Below, piece by piece: positions 35,672 to 44,427 of a stretch of 64,000 bases of DNA (positions are counted from its first letter, which is position 1; every line of letters begins with the position of its first letter). The position numbers and the translations under genes were made by a program. The notes under the pieces were generated by a model that saw nothing but the letters and a program-made list of their open reading frames with translations, made no database searches and was not told where the DNA came from. The stretch spans positions 224,001 to 288,000 of the forward strand of contig CAWDML010000009.1 of assembly GCA_963803435.1 (NCBI GenBank), read 5' to 3'. This stretch comes from an uncultured delta proteobacterium (lineage in GTDB: Bacteria; Myxococcota; Kuafuiibacteriia; Kuafuiibacteriales; Kuafuiibacteriaceae).

Positions 35672-36445
35672 GTGTCGAAGAAGAAGAGGACGAAGAAGGG
35701 CAGGCCGTCGAAGCGCCCGGTGACGCCCGAGGAGGCCGCCTTCCTCGCCGAATACGACGTCGCTCAGTTCCCGCGTCCGTCGGTGGCGGTCGACATCGTG
35801 ATCTTCACGATCATCGACGCGGACCTGAAGGTCCTCCTGATTCAGCGGAGCCAGCACCCGTTCAAGGGCGCATGGGCGCTGCCGGGCGGCTTCGTTCGCG
35901 TGGGCCCGAGCGCCGAGGAGCAGGGCGAGGACCTCGACGAAGCGGCCGCCCGGCGCCTCCACGAGGAGACGCATCTCCCCCGTGGCTCGGTCTACCTCGA
36001 GCAGCTGGCCGCCTTCGGTCGGGCGGGCCGAGATCCGCGCACGCGCGTGATCACGGTGGCGTACTTTGCGCTGGTTCGCCCCGACCTGGCGCCGTTCGTG
36101 CGCGCGGGGGAGGGCGCCGCGGCGACCGCGTGGATCTCGCTCGCCGAGCGCTCCACGCGGACGCTCGCCTTCGATCACGACGCGATCATCCAGGCCGCCC
36201 TCGAACGCCTGCGCGGCAGGCTCGAGACGACGAACATCGCCTTCGAGCTGGTGCCGGAGACGTTTTCGATCCCGGAGCTGCGGGCCGTCTACGAGGTGAT
36301 CGACGGGACGACCTACGACCCAGGCAACTTCCGCCGGCGCTTCAACCGGATGCTCGCGGACGGGATCATCCAGCGCGCCGCGGGCAAGCGGATCACGCGT
36401 TCGAAGCCGGCCCAGGTCTTCCGGTTCATCGATCAGAAGCGGTAG
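35672..36445 (+). CDS. nrtR: NrtR-family regulator (Nudix + C-terminal wHTH)
   Basis: 'PSVAVDIVIF', 'WALPGGFV', 'YLEQL', 'RDPRTRVITVAY', 'LAFDH', 'FSIPELRAVYE', 'NFRR'. Confidence 0.92.
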   Translation: MSKKKRTKKGRPSKRPVTPEEAAFLAEYDVAQFPRPSVAVDIVIFTIIDADLKVLLIQRSQHPFKGAWALPGGFVRVGPSAEEQGEDLDEAAARRLHEETHLPRGSVYLEQLAAFGRAGRDPRTRVITVAYFALVRPDLAPFVRAGEGAAATAWISLAERSTRTLAFDHDAIIQAALERLRGRLETTNIAFELVPETFSIPELRAVYEVIDGTTYDPGNFRRRFNRMLADGIIQRAAGKRITRSKPAQVFRFIDQKR

Positions 36446-37170
36446 CTGACCCCCGCGCCGATCGCCGCGCGGTGCGTCCGATCCGGGATGATCGTGAGAC
36501 CGAGCGCCGGCCCCCCCGGCTCCTCACCATAGGCCTTGAGCACCGCATCGTAGACCTTCTCCTCGGTGCTCTTCGCGAAGAGCTTGAAGAGCGCCTGGGC
36601 GAGCTGCAGGCCGCCAACCGCGATCGCGATTCCACCGAGGATCTTGTTGGCGTTGCCGGCGATGTCGATCTTGTCGGTAAGCAGGAGGCCGCCGGCTACG
36701 GCCGTCCCCGCAGCGGCGGTACTATCGGTGATGATGCCGCGGATGCGGCGATCGCGCCCGTCGCGGGCCCGGTCGCGGAGGAAGAACATGCCGGACGCGT
36801 CGAGGGCCTCGTCGTCGGCCAGCAGCTCGTCCGCGCTGGTGACATTCGCGGGATCGGCGAGCACGTTGTAGAGGCCCTCGGATATCTGAGAGGCAGCGGC
36901 GATCGACAGCGCGGTCACGATCAGCGGCTTGGTCAGGCCGCCGTCGTCCTGTATGGGAATAACGTCGGTGCCAATCACCACCGCCAGGCTGATCGCGATC
37001 CCGGCCGCGATCAGGTTGCCCGCGAGGCCCCAGGTGCCGTCGGTCCGGGATCCCTCCCGCAGGGCCTCCACGCCGGCGCGGATCGGCGCGAGCTCGGGAT
37101 CGGGCGGCGGCCGATGGCGACCGGTGGCGACGGTGGCGGAGAGGACCAGCGCAAGAACCGGAGCAGACAC
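36433..37170 (-). CDS. Hypothetical exported/membrane protein
   Basis: Signal-like N-terminus, Gly/Ala-rich hydrophobic hairpins, C-terminal 'GVSYRF'. Confidence 0.55.
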   Translation of the reverse strand: MSAPVLALVLSATVATGRHRPPPDPELAPIRAGVEALREGSRTDGTWGLAGNLIAAGIAISLAVVIGTDVIPIQDDGGLTKPLIVTALSIAAASQISEGLYNVLADPANVTSADELLADDEALDASGMFFLRDRARDGRDRRIRGIITDSTAAAGTAVAGGLLLTDKIDIAGNANKILGGIAIAVGGLQLAQALFKLFAKSTEEKVYDAVLKAYGEEPGGPALGLTIIPDRTHRAAIGAGVSYRF

Positions 37171-37390
37171 GGCTGAGCCTCCACTCCGAAGCGGTCGTGG
37201 GTCAACGCCGGGATGGCCGCGGTCGCCCTTCGGTGGGGGCGCTCACGCCCTTCACCGGCGGAGCCGCACGAGCAGCACCAGCGCTCGCCCCGATCGTGCC
37301 GGGACCGCGACCCGGACCGGGGTCGCGTGAGCGCTTACGCGCTACACGCTCCTAGTTGAGTCCAAACCAGGTTGGAGCTACGCGATCCCG

Positions 37391-37753
37391 GTGCCGACCT
37401 TGATCGAACAGCCCACCGTCGTGAAGGCCGCGGGGAACAAGCCCAAGCTGATCCGCGAGTACTTCGGCCGCGTGAACAGCCGGACCTCCGGTATCAGCAT
37501 CGCGCACATGGACTCGCCGCCGGGGTGGGTCGAGCCGGGACAGCGGCCCGAGTTCGACGAGTACACCGTGGTGCTGAAGGGCCGCCTGCGTGTCGAGCAC
37601 GAGGGCGGGGTCGTCGACGTGAAGGCCGGCCAGGCGATCCTGACCGGCAAGGGCGAATGGATCCGGTACTCGACGCTGGAGGAGGGCGCCGAGTACGTGG
37701 CGATCTGCCTGCCGGCGTTCTCGCCGGACACGGTTCATCGCGACGAGGCCTGA
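37391..37753 (+). CDS. Cupin protein (EutQ-like)
   Basis: 'GNKPKLIREYFGRVNS', 'GWVEPGQRPEFDEYTVVLKG', 'AICLPAFSPDTVHRD'. Confidence 0.88.
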   Translation: MPTLIEQPTVVKAAGNKPKLIREYFGRVNSRTSGISIAHMDSPPGWVEPGQRPEFDEYTVVLKGRLRVEHEGGVVDVKAGQAILTGKGEWIRYSTLEEGAEYVAICLPAFSPDTVHRDEA

Positions 37754-37754
37754 G

Positions 37755-38507
37755 GTGGTCCCGGTCGATCACCTCCTCGACTTCTCTTCAAAGCGCGTGC
37801 TGATCACGGGCGGGGTCCGGGGGATCGGCGCCGGGATCGCGGAGCGCTTCGCCGAGGCAGGCGCCCAGGTGGTGATCGATCACCGGAGCCGGCCCGAGGA
37901 GGCGGCGGCCTTCGCGGCTCACCTCGACGGGCGCGCGATCCAGGCCGACGTCACCCGGAGGGACGAGGTGGAGCGGCTCTTCGAGGAGGCCGGCCCGATC
38001 GACGTCCTGATCAACAACGCAGGGATCTATCCTCTGGAGCGGCTGCTCGCGATCGACGACGACCAGTGGCGGGCGATGATCGACTCGAACCTCACCTCCG
38101 TCTTTCTGTGCACGCAGGTCGGCGCCCAGGCGATGATCGCGGGCGGGATCGAGGGCGCGATCGTCAACATCACCTCGGTCGAAGCGTCCATGCCGGCGCG
38201 GCTCCACGCCCACTACGACGCCGCCAAGGCCGGCGCTGCGATGTTCACCCGGAGCGCCGCGCTCGAGCTCGGCGCGCATGGGATCCGCGTCAACGCGGTG
38301 GCGCCCGGTCTGACCGATTATCCGGAGCTGGCGGCACTGTGGCCCGACGGCGTCCAGCGCTGGCTGGCCAAGGTGCCGCTCGGGCGGCTGGGGACCCGCA
38401 CCGACGTCGCCGATGCCTGCCTGTTTCTGGCCAGCCCGGCGGCGAGCTTCATCACCGGCGCGACGCTGGCGGTGGACGGCGGCATCTCGGCCACCCCGGC
38501 GTTCTGA
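37755..38507 (+). CDS. SDR oxidoreductase (FabG/glucose dehydrogenase-like)
   Basis: TGGVRGIG, NNAG, YDAAK, RVNAVAPG. Confidence 0.9.
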   Translation: MVPVDHLLDFSSKRVLITGGVRGIGAGIAERFAEAGAQVVIDHRSRPEEAAAFAAHLDGRAIQADVTRRDEVERLFEEAGPIDVLINNAGIYPLERLLAIDDDQWRAMIDSNLTSVFLCTQVGAQAMIAGGIEGAIVNITSVEASMPARLHAHYDAAKAGAAMFTRSAALELGAHGIRVNAVAPGLTDYPELAALWPDGVQRWLAKVPLGRLGTRTDVADACLFLASPAASFITGATLAVDGGISATPAF

Positions 38508-38547
38508 GTCGCCTTTCGCCCTTCGTCGAGAAGCGCGACTCGGCAGT

Positions 38548-38748
38548 TCACAGCCCACAGTCGACAGATCCATCCGGATCGCCGTTGAGCTTCAGGTGCC
38601 CACCGACGCCAGCGATCGCCAGAAGCATGTCCTGGATGGTGGGCGCATCTCTTGTCTCCGAGGTCGGCACCCTCGAACGCGATGTGACTTCGGCGAGAAG
38701 GATCTCGATCGGCTGCGGCCTCACATCCCCTGACGCTTCGGGCAGCAC
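38548..38748 (-). mobile_element. IS4-family (IS50/Tn5-like) transposase C-terminal remnant
   Basis: 'APTIQDMLLAIAGVGGHLKLNGDP' resembles the Tn5 dimerisation-domain motif (PT..AIA.LGG....G.PG). Lower GC; lies in a ~560-bp gap with no other credible gene. Confidence 0.55.
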
Positions 38749-39072
38749 ATGGACGAATAGATCGCCGTTGCCCTCCTGGCGGGTTCACGCCTCGGTGCCC
38801 CGTGCTTCCGGCGGCGGCCGTGCGGCGTGTACCGTCTTGGATCCCCCCAAGAAAAGGCGTGGAGATCGATTGTGCTTGACGAGATCCAGGGAACCGCCCG
38901 CGCTCGCTGGCCGATCTTTGAGGGCCCGACCTCGTGACGCTCCGAGCCTCAGGCTTTCGCCCCGTCCGCGCCCGCTCGGCCGAGGCGCCCTGATCGGAGG
39001 CGTCAGCCCGCGGGCAGCTCGGTCCAGACCAGTGTTTCGCTCGAAAATGGGCGAACAGGAGTCTGAGGCGGC

Positions 39073-39438
39073 TCAACCCGTCAGGCGATGCGCCACTTCG
39101 AGGAGCGCATCGATGTCGACGGGCTTCCTCAGGAACCCCTGCGCGTTGGGGGTCGCGGCAGCCTTCCGGGACCATGCCGAGAGGATGACGACCGGCAGGT
39201 CCTCGAGCTGGTGATCCCGCGGATCTCGTCGAGCAGCTCGCCGCCGCTCATCACCGGCATCATGAGGTCGAGGAGCACCAGAATCCGGCGCGGGCTTGCC
39301 GTGGAGGCGCTCGAGCGCGTCGCGGCCGTGCGCCGCCGTGTGGACCTCGAACCCCTCGTACTCGAGGATCATCTGCAGGCTCTCTCGGATGTCGTCATCG
39401 TCCTCGACCAGAAGGATCGTTCGACTACTCTGTTTCAT
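39073..39438 (-). CDS. Single-domain response regulator (CheY-like), with two compensating indels
   Basis: 'ILLVEDDDDIRESL'; 'LVLLDLMMPVMSG' appears in another frame near 39230-39285; 'FLRKPVD'. Confidence 0.82.
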   Translation of the reverse strand: MKQSSRTILLVEDDDDIRESLQMILEYEGFEVHTAAHGRDALERLHGKPAPDSGAPRPHDAGDERRRAARRDPRDHQLEDLPVVILSAWSRKAAATPNAQGFLRKPVDIDALLEVAHRLTG

Positions 39439-42262
39439 GGACTCTCCTCTTCTCCTCCTGGGTCGCCTGACGCGGCAGTTCGACACGAACCTTCGAGCCG
39501 GCGCCGGGGCCGCTGAACACGCGGACGTTGCCGCCGTGAGCCTCGACGAGCTCGCGTACGACCCAGAGGCCGAGCCCCAGGCCACCGAAGTTCTGGACCG
39601 GGACGCGGCGTTCGAAGCGTTCGAAGATGCGGGCGTGGTCAGCGGGCGATATGCCCATGCCGAGGTCGCGAACGGTGAGGTTCGCAACCTCGGGCTCGGT
39701 CGCGACCGTGACCTCGATCGGCCGGCCCGCGCCATACTTGATCGCGTTCGACATCAGCTGCTCGATGACCCGGCGCAGGCGCGCCGAGTCCCACCGCCCC
39801 AACACCGGGACCGGCGCGAAGAGCGTGATGTCGCATCCGGCTTTCTCGAGCGCCGGGCGGAGGCGCTCGACGACGGTGGCCGCCAGATCGCTGAGATCGA
39901 CGTCGGACCGCTCGAGGTCGACGCGCGCGACGGTCAGCTCGGAGACATCGAGAAGCGTCTCGACGAACTGCTCGAGGCGCAGCGCCGCCCGGTCGATCGC
40001 CTCGATCCGGACGAGAAGGTCCGGACGGGAGATGGGCCGTTCGCTGTGCAGTGCGCGGAGCAGGCCGCCGGTCTGGATGCGGAGCGGTGTCAGCGGCGTC
40101 TTGAGCTCGTGCGCCGCCAGCGAGAGGAAGTCGTCGCGGGCGCGGATCGAGCGCTGCGCGTCGCGGTACAGGTTGGCGTTATCGATCGCGAGCGACGCGA
40201 GCCGGCTGTAGTCGTTGGCCGTGGTCCGTTCGATCTCGTCCGTCGGTCGCTCCTGCTGCTCGCGGAGGAAGGCGATCGCGCCGAAGGCCCGTCCCCGCGC
40301 CCGGAGGGGTACGTACAGCGCGGAGCGCGCCCCGAGCGCCTCGGCGACGCGGGGATCGAGCTCGCCCGAGGGGTCGCCGATGGGCGACTTCGGCAGCAGC
40401 GCCGTCCCCTCCTCGAGCGCTCGTCTCGAGATCGCCTCTCGGGCGGGATCTCGATGGGCCGTCGCCGTCCGCCGGTCCCAGTCCTCCGTACCGAAGATCT
40501 CGATCAGGCAGCTGTCGGCCAGGTACGGGACCGCAAAGTGGGCGACCGTGTCGAGGACGGCGTCGAGCTCGAACGCAGCCGCGAGCTGAACGCTGGCCTC
40601 CGCCAGGAAGCGATCGCGTTCCTCGACCCGCGTGTGCTCGGTGACGTCCCGGACGGTCCCGACGAACCGGAGCGGCCGTCCGTCGTCGTCGCGGAAGACG
40701 GTGGCGCGCTCATGGACGATCCGCACCGCGCCGTCGCCGCGGACGATTCGATGGACGACATCGTACGTGCGGCCCAGCTCCACGGCCGCTCGGCTGGCGG
40801 CCCGTACCCGCTCGCGGTCGTCGGGGTGGACCATATCGAAGAACCGCGCCACGGAGATCGGCTGGCCCGGCGGGACGTCGAACATTCGATAGGTCTCGGG
40901 CGACCACTCGATCGAATCGCCGTCGGAGAAACCGGACACCCAGCTGCCCACGTGCGCGACGGCCTGCGCCTCCTGGAGCAGCGCTTCGCTCCGGTGGATC
41001 TGGTCCTCCGCGAATCGGCGCTCGCTGATGTCGCGGATGCATGCGGTCAAGGAGAAGGAGTCCGGTCCGAAGATCGGAACGATGGAGATCTCGATGGGGA
41101 ACTCGCGGCCGTCCTTCCGCAGCGCGGTCAGCTCGACCCTGCGATTGAGGACCTCGCTCTGGCCCGACGACAGGAGCCGGGCGAGACCCTCGCGGCATCG
41201 GGCCCGGAGATGGACCGGGACGAGGAGCTCGAGGGCGCTGCGTCCCAGGACCTCGGAGCGCGCGTAGCCGAACGTGCGCTCGGCCGACGCGTTGAAGTCG
41301 ATGATGTCTCCCGCCGTATCGATCGAGACCACGCAATCGATGGACGAGTCGATGATCGCCGCCGACCGCGCGGCGTTCTCCTCGAGCGCTTGCACCCAGC
41401 GGCGCCCCCGCAGCACCTCGCCGATGCGGGCGCCGATTCCCGGGAGCGCGGCGAGCAGCTCGGGCGCTGCGGGGACGCTCCGGTGCGCCAGCAGCTCGAC
41501 GATGCCGAGGAGCGACTCGTCGACCACGATCGGGAAGCCGAGCGCGGTGTGCAGGCCGTCCTGGACGGCGGCACGGGAGCGCGCCCCGGCCGTCGGCGAG
41601 ATGACCTCCGTCACCGGCATGAGGGAGGCCCAGACGCGACCGGGAAGCTCGAGCCCCGGCCGCAACACCGTCTCACGCGTGATCCGTTCGAACGGGGACT
41701 CGGGGCGCTCGGGCGAAGGCCCCGCACCCGGCTCCGCTCCCCCGTCCGACCTCCGCCAGGTGAGGCGGGCGCGGAGCAGGCCGAGGTCGACGGGGACCCA
41801 GAAGGCGCCCGCGTCCCAGCCGAGGTGCTCTCCGACGACGGCCGTGAGGGTGTCGGTGGGATCGATCTCGGACGGGGTCGATGCGATCAGCGTGTCCACC
41901 GCGCGCTCGAGCGCCGCGACTTGCGCGCGGCCGCGGTGATCGAGCGTGTGCCGCACCCGCGCGCTCAGGCATCCGAGGTCTCCGATCGTCACGGGGAGCA
42001 CCGGCGTATGCGGGGCCCGGTCGGCGGCCACCTCGAGCACCTCGGCGGTGGCGTCATCCGCGAGCGCCCTGTCCAGCAGGATGACGTCGAAGGCCGCCCG
42101 CGCCACGGCGTTCAGGAGCGCCTCCGGGGTCTCGGACTGGCACCAGCCGGCGGCGAACCCGCCGCGCGTGAGCTCGCGATCGATCGGCAACCGTGAGCTG
42201 GTGCCCGCGAAGAGAACCTCGATCGAGGTCATGCTCACGCAGGTATGCATTCGCCCGGCCAC
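39425..42262 (-). CDS. Multi-sensor histidine kinase (degenerate REC-GAF-PAS-PAS-GAF-HisKA-HATPase)
   Basis: 'AAHELKTPLT', 'LMSNAIKYG', 'DLGMGI', 'GGLGLGL'; PAS motifs 'FNASAERTFGY' and 'VHPDDRERV'. Confidence 0.92.
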   Translation of the reverse strand: MAGRMHTCVSMTSIEVLFAGTSSRLPIDRELTRGGFAAGWCQSETPEALLNAVARAAFDVILLDRALADDATAEVLEVAADRAPHTPVLPVTIGDLGCLSARVRHTLDHRGRAQVAALERAVDTLIASTPSEIDPTDTLTAVVGEHLGWDAGAFWVPVDLGLLRARLTWRRSDGGAEPGAGPSPERPESPFERITRETVLRPGLELPGRVWASLMPVTEVISPTAGARSRAAVQDGLHTALGFPIVVDESLLGIVELLAHRSVPAAPELLAALPGIGARIGEVLRGRRWVQALEENAARSAAIIDSSIDCVVSIDTAGDIIDFNASAERTFGYARSEVLGRSALELLVPVHLRARCREGLARLLSSGQSEVLNRRVELTALRKDGREFPIEISIVPIFGPDSFSLTACIRDISERRFAEDQIHRSEALLQEAQAVAHVGSWVSGFSDGDSIEWSPETYRMFDVPPGQPISVARFFDMVHPDDRERVRAASRAAVELGRTYDVVHRIVRGDGAVRIVHERATVFRDDDGRPLRFVGTVRDVTEHTRVEERDRFLAEASVQLAAAFELDAVLDTVAHFAVPYLADSCLIEIFGTEDWDRRTATAHRDPAREAISRRALEEGTALLPKSPIGDPSGELDPRVAEALGARSALYVPLRARGRAFGAIAFLREQQERPTDEIERTTANDYSRLASLAIDNANLYRDAQRSIRARDDFLSLAAHELKTPLTPLRIQTGGLLRALHSERPISRPDLLVRIEAIDRAALRLEQFVETLLDVSELTVARVDLERSDVDLSDLAATVVERLRPALEKAGCDITLFAPVPVLGRWDSARLRRVIEQLMSNAIKYGAGRPIEVTVATEPEVANLTVRDLGMGISPADHARIFERFERRVPVQNFGGLGLGLWVVRELVEAHGGNVRVFSGPGAGSKVRVELPRQATQEEKRRVHETE

Positions 42263-42298
42263 CCCGCGGGCGCAAACGATGAACGACGGGCGTGCAGG

Positions 42299-44407
42299 CT
42301 ACTTCGGTGCGCCTGCCGCCTTCTTCGCGAGGAGCGCCGCGACGACCTGCTCCGCAATGTCCCGCCCGTTGAAGAACGCACCGTTGACGGTGGCTGCCCA
42401 GGCACCCCCACACGCTTCGCCGGCCGTGAACACCGTGTCGTCGATCGCGGCGGCGTAGTCCTTGCGGTCGTCGTCGCGGCTGCCGACCTTCTCGACGGCC
42501 CAGGTGCCGCCCACGTCCGGATCGACCGTCCATCCGGTCCGTTCACCCCCGAGGAAGGCTTCGGATAGGGGAGCACCATAGTGCTGCGTCACCACGGAGA
42601 GGGCGTACGCGAACGCCTCCTTCTCCGGCTTGTCCAGCAGCTCCTGCGCGACCTCGCCCCCCGTCATGACCACGGCCACGTCCTGGCCGAACGGCTTCAT
42701 GAGGAGCTCGAAGGGGCGTCCCTCGTCGTCGAAGCCGCACGCGCGCTCGAACGGCTTCACCTCGTTCAGCGCGCCCGGCGCGAAACGCAGCCCGATCTTC
42801 TCGAAGCTCGCCATCTGCAGTTGCTCGATCGCGTCGACCTTCCAGGCGGGGAGCGGCGGATCGAAGACCACCCGCTCGCGGAGCGCCTTCGGCGACATCG
42901 TGAGGACGATCTTCTTGGCGCGGAAGGTCCGCCCGTTCGACTCCACCTCGACGCCGTCCTTCGACCAGGAGACCTTGGTGATCGGCGACTCGAGCTCGAT
43001 CGGGAGACCGTACGAGAACGCGTGCACGATGTTGCCGAGGCCGCCCTCGACCAGGCGATCGTCCTTCTCCTCGACGATGCTCTGGAACTCGCCGACCGAG
43101 AACTGATCGAGCTCGAGCGCGATCTCGAGGGGCCCGAGGACCTCGGCGGCCAGGTCGTCGAGCCGGTGCTGGGGCGCGGAGAGAAGCGAGGCGCGCGCGT
43201 CCGGCCGCTTCCGCGCGCCGATCTGCCAGCGCTTGCTGACCTCCTCCATTCGCTCCTTCAGCAGGGCGGCGTCCTCCACCGGGTCGCCGCCGACGAACAC
43301 CTTCTGGAACTTCTCGGTGGAGTAGGTCTCGAACCCGAGCGCCTGCACCAGCGGGAGGAACGGATTCTTGGCGGACTCGTGGATCCAGGCGCACCCGTGA
43401 TCGAAGGGCACGCCGAACGCGTAGTCGGTGTGGGCACGACCGCCGTCGCGGCTCTTCGCCTCCAGCACCGTGACGCTCCGTCCGGCGTCCAAGAGCGCGT
43501 TGGCCGCGCCGATCCCGGCGGCTCCGGCGCCGATCACCAGCACGTCGACGTCCTCGTGCCGGCGGGCCTCGAGGAGACGGGCGATCTCGACGGCGGGCAT
43601 CTCTCCACCCTCCGCGCGGGCCTTCTCAGCGGCGGGCAGGCGATCCAGCTCGGCGGTGCGGCCGTCGCGGAGCAGCTCGGCCCGCAGATCGGCGCTCGCC
43701 ATCGGGTGCGGGCTCTTGGCCCAGGCGCTCACGGACTCGGCGCGGGCGGTGAACAGCTCGAGCGGGGGTGCCCCTTCGGCGCGAAGGCGGGTGAGCAGCG
43801 GCCGCGGGAGCTCGGTGAGGAGCGCGTCGAGCTCGGCCTCGAGGCCCAGCGCGCGCATGCGCGTCTGCAGCGCGGCGTAGCGGACGGGCTTGGCGTAGTC
43901 GGCGCCGAAGATGCCCTTGGCGGCGAGCCGGTAGAACGCCGCCCAAGAGAGCTGGCCTTCGTCGATCTGCGCGCGCTGTCGAGCGGAGGCGCACTCGCGC
44001 GCGATCGCGTGGAGGCGATCGACGCCCGCCCCGGCGCGCACGCGCGCCTCCCCGAGATCGAAGGGCTGGCGCTCCGCGTCGATCGAGTGCGGGGAACGAG
44101 CGCCGTGAACCTCGCGGACGGCCCGGAGCCAGGTCGGCTCGTTCCGGCGCGACCTCCGCGCGTCACTGCGAGGGGCGGCATGAACGTTCGAGGGCGACGA
44201 CGTGAGGGGCGGGTTGGGGTCGAGCGTCTTCCGCCTCGACGGGCCCACCGCCTCGCGGGGGGCAGGCAGCCGCCCCCATCGGACGCCCGATTTGTGGGTG
44301 GGCTCGACCACGCTTCGAGGTGTGTTTCGGCGGCCACGGCGAAACAGTGCGATCGAATCGGGCTCAGGCCAGCCGACCGGGTAAGCCCTAGCAACGGCAG
44401 TCCACAC
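42299..44407 (-). CDS. Flavin monoamine oxidase family protein with long N-terminal extension (start uncertain)
   Basis: 'DVLVIGAGAAGIGAA...VLEAKSRDGGRAHT...FDHGCAWIH', 'FTAGEAC...TVNGAFFNG'. Confidence 0.85.
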   Translation of the reverse strand: MWTAVARAYPVGWPEPDSIALFRRGRRNTPRSVVEPTHKSGVRWGRLPAPREAVGPSRRKTLDPNPPLTSSPSNVHAAPRSDARRSRRNEPTWLRAVREVHGARSPHSIDAERQPFDLGEARVRAGAGVDRLHAIARECASARQRAQIDEGQLSWAAFYRLAAKGIFGADYAKPVRYAALQTRMRALGLEAELDALLTELPRPLLTRLRAEGAPPLELFTARAESVSAWAKSPHPMASADLRAELLRDGRTAELDRLPAAEKARAEGGEMPAVEIARLLEARRHEDVDVLVIGAGAAGIGAANALLDAGRSVTVLEAKSRDGGRAHTDYAFGVPFDHGCAWIHESAKNPFLPLVQALGFETYSTEKFQKVFVGGDPVEDAALLKERMEEVSKRWQIGARKRPDARASLLSAPQHRLDDLAAEVLGPLEIALELDQFSVGEFQSIVEEKDDRLVEGGLGNIVHAFSYGLPIELESPITKVSWSKDGVEVESNGRTFRAKKIVLTMSPKALRERVVFDPPLPAWKVDAIEQLQMASFEKIGLRFAPGALNEVKPFERACGFDDEGRPFELLMKPFGQDVAVVMTGGEVAQELLDKPEKEAFAYALSVVTQHYGAPLSEAFLGGERTGWTVDPDVGGTWAVEKVGSRDDDRKDYAAAIDDTVFTAGEACGGAWAATVNGAFFNGRDIAEQVVAALLAKKAAGAPK

Positions 44408-44417
44408 CGGTCGATAA
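44391..44417 (+). promoter_or_regulatory. Putative sigma28-like promoter GCAAC-N16-CGATAA
   Basis: GCAAC at 44391-44395 and GTCGATAAT with CGATAA at 44412-44417, 10 nt before TTG 44428. Confidence 0.55.
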
Positions 44418-44427
44418 TGAAAAGCGC

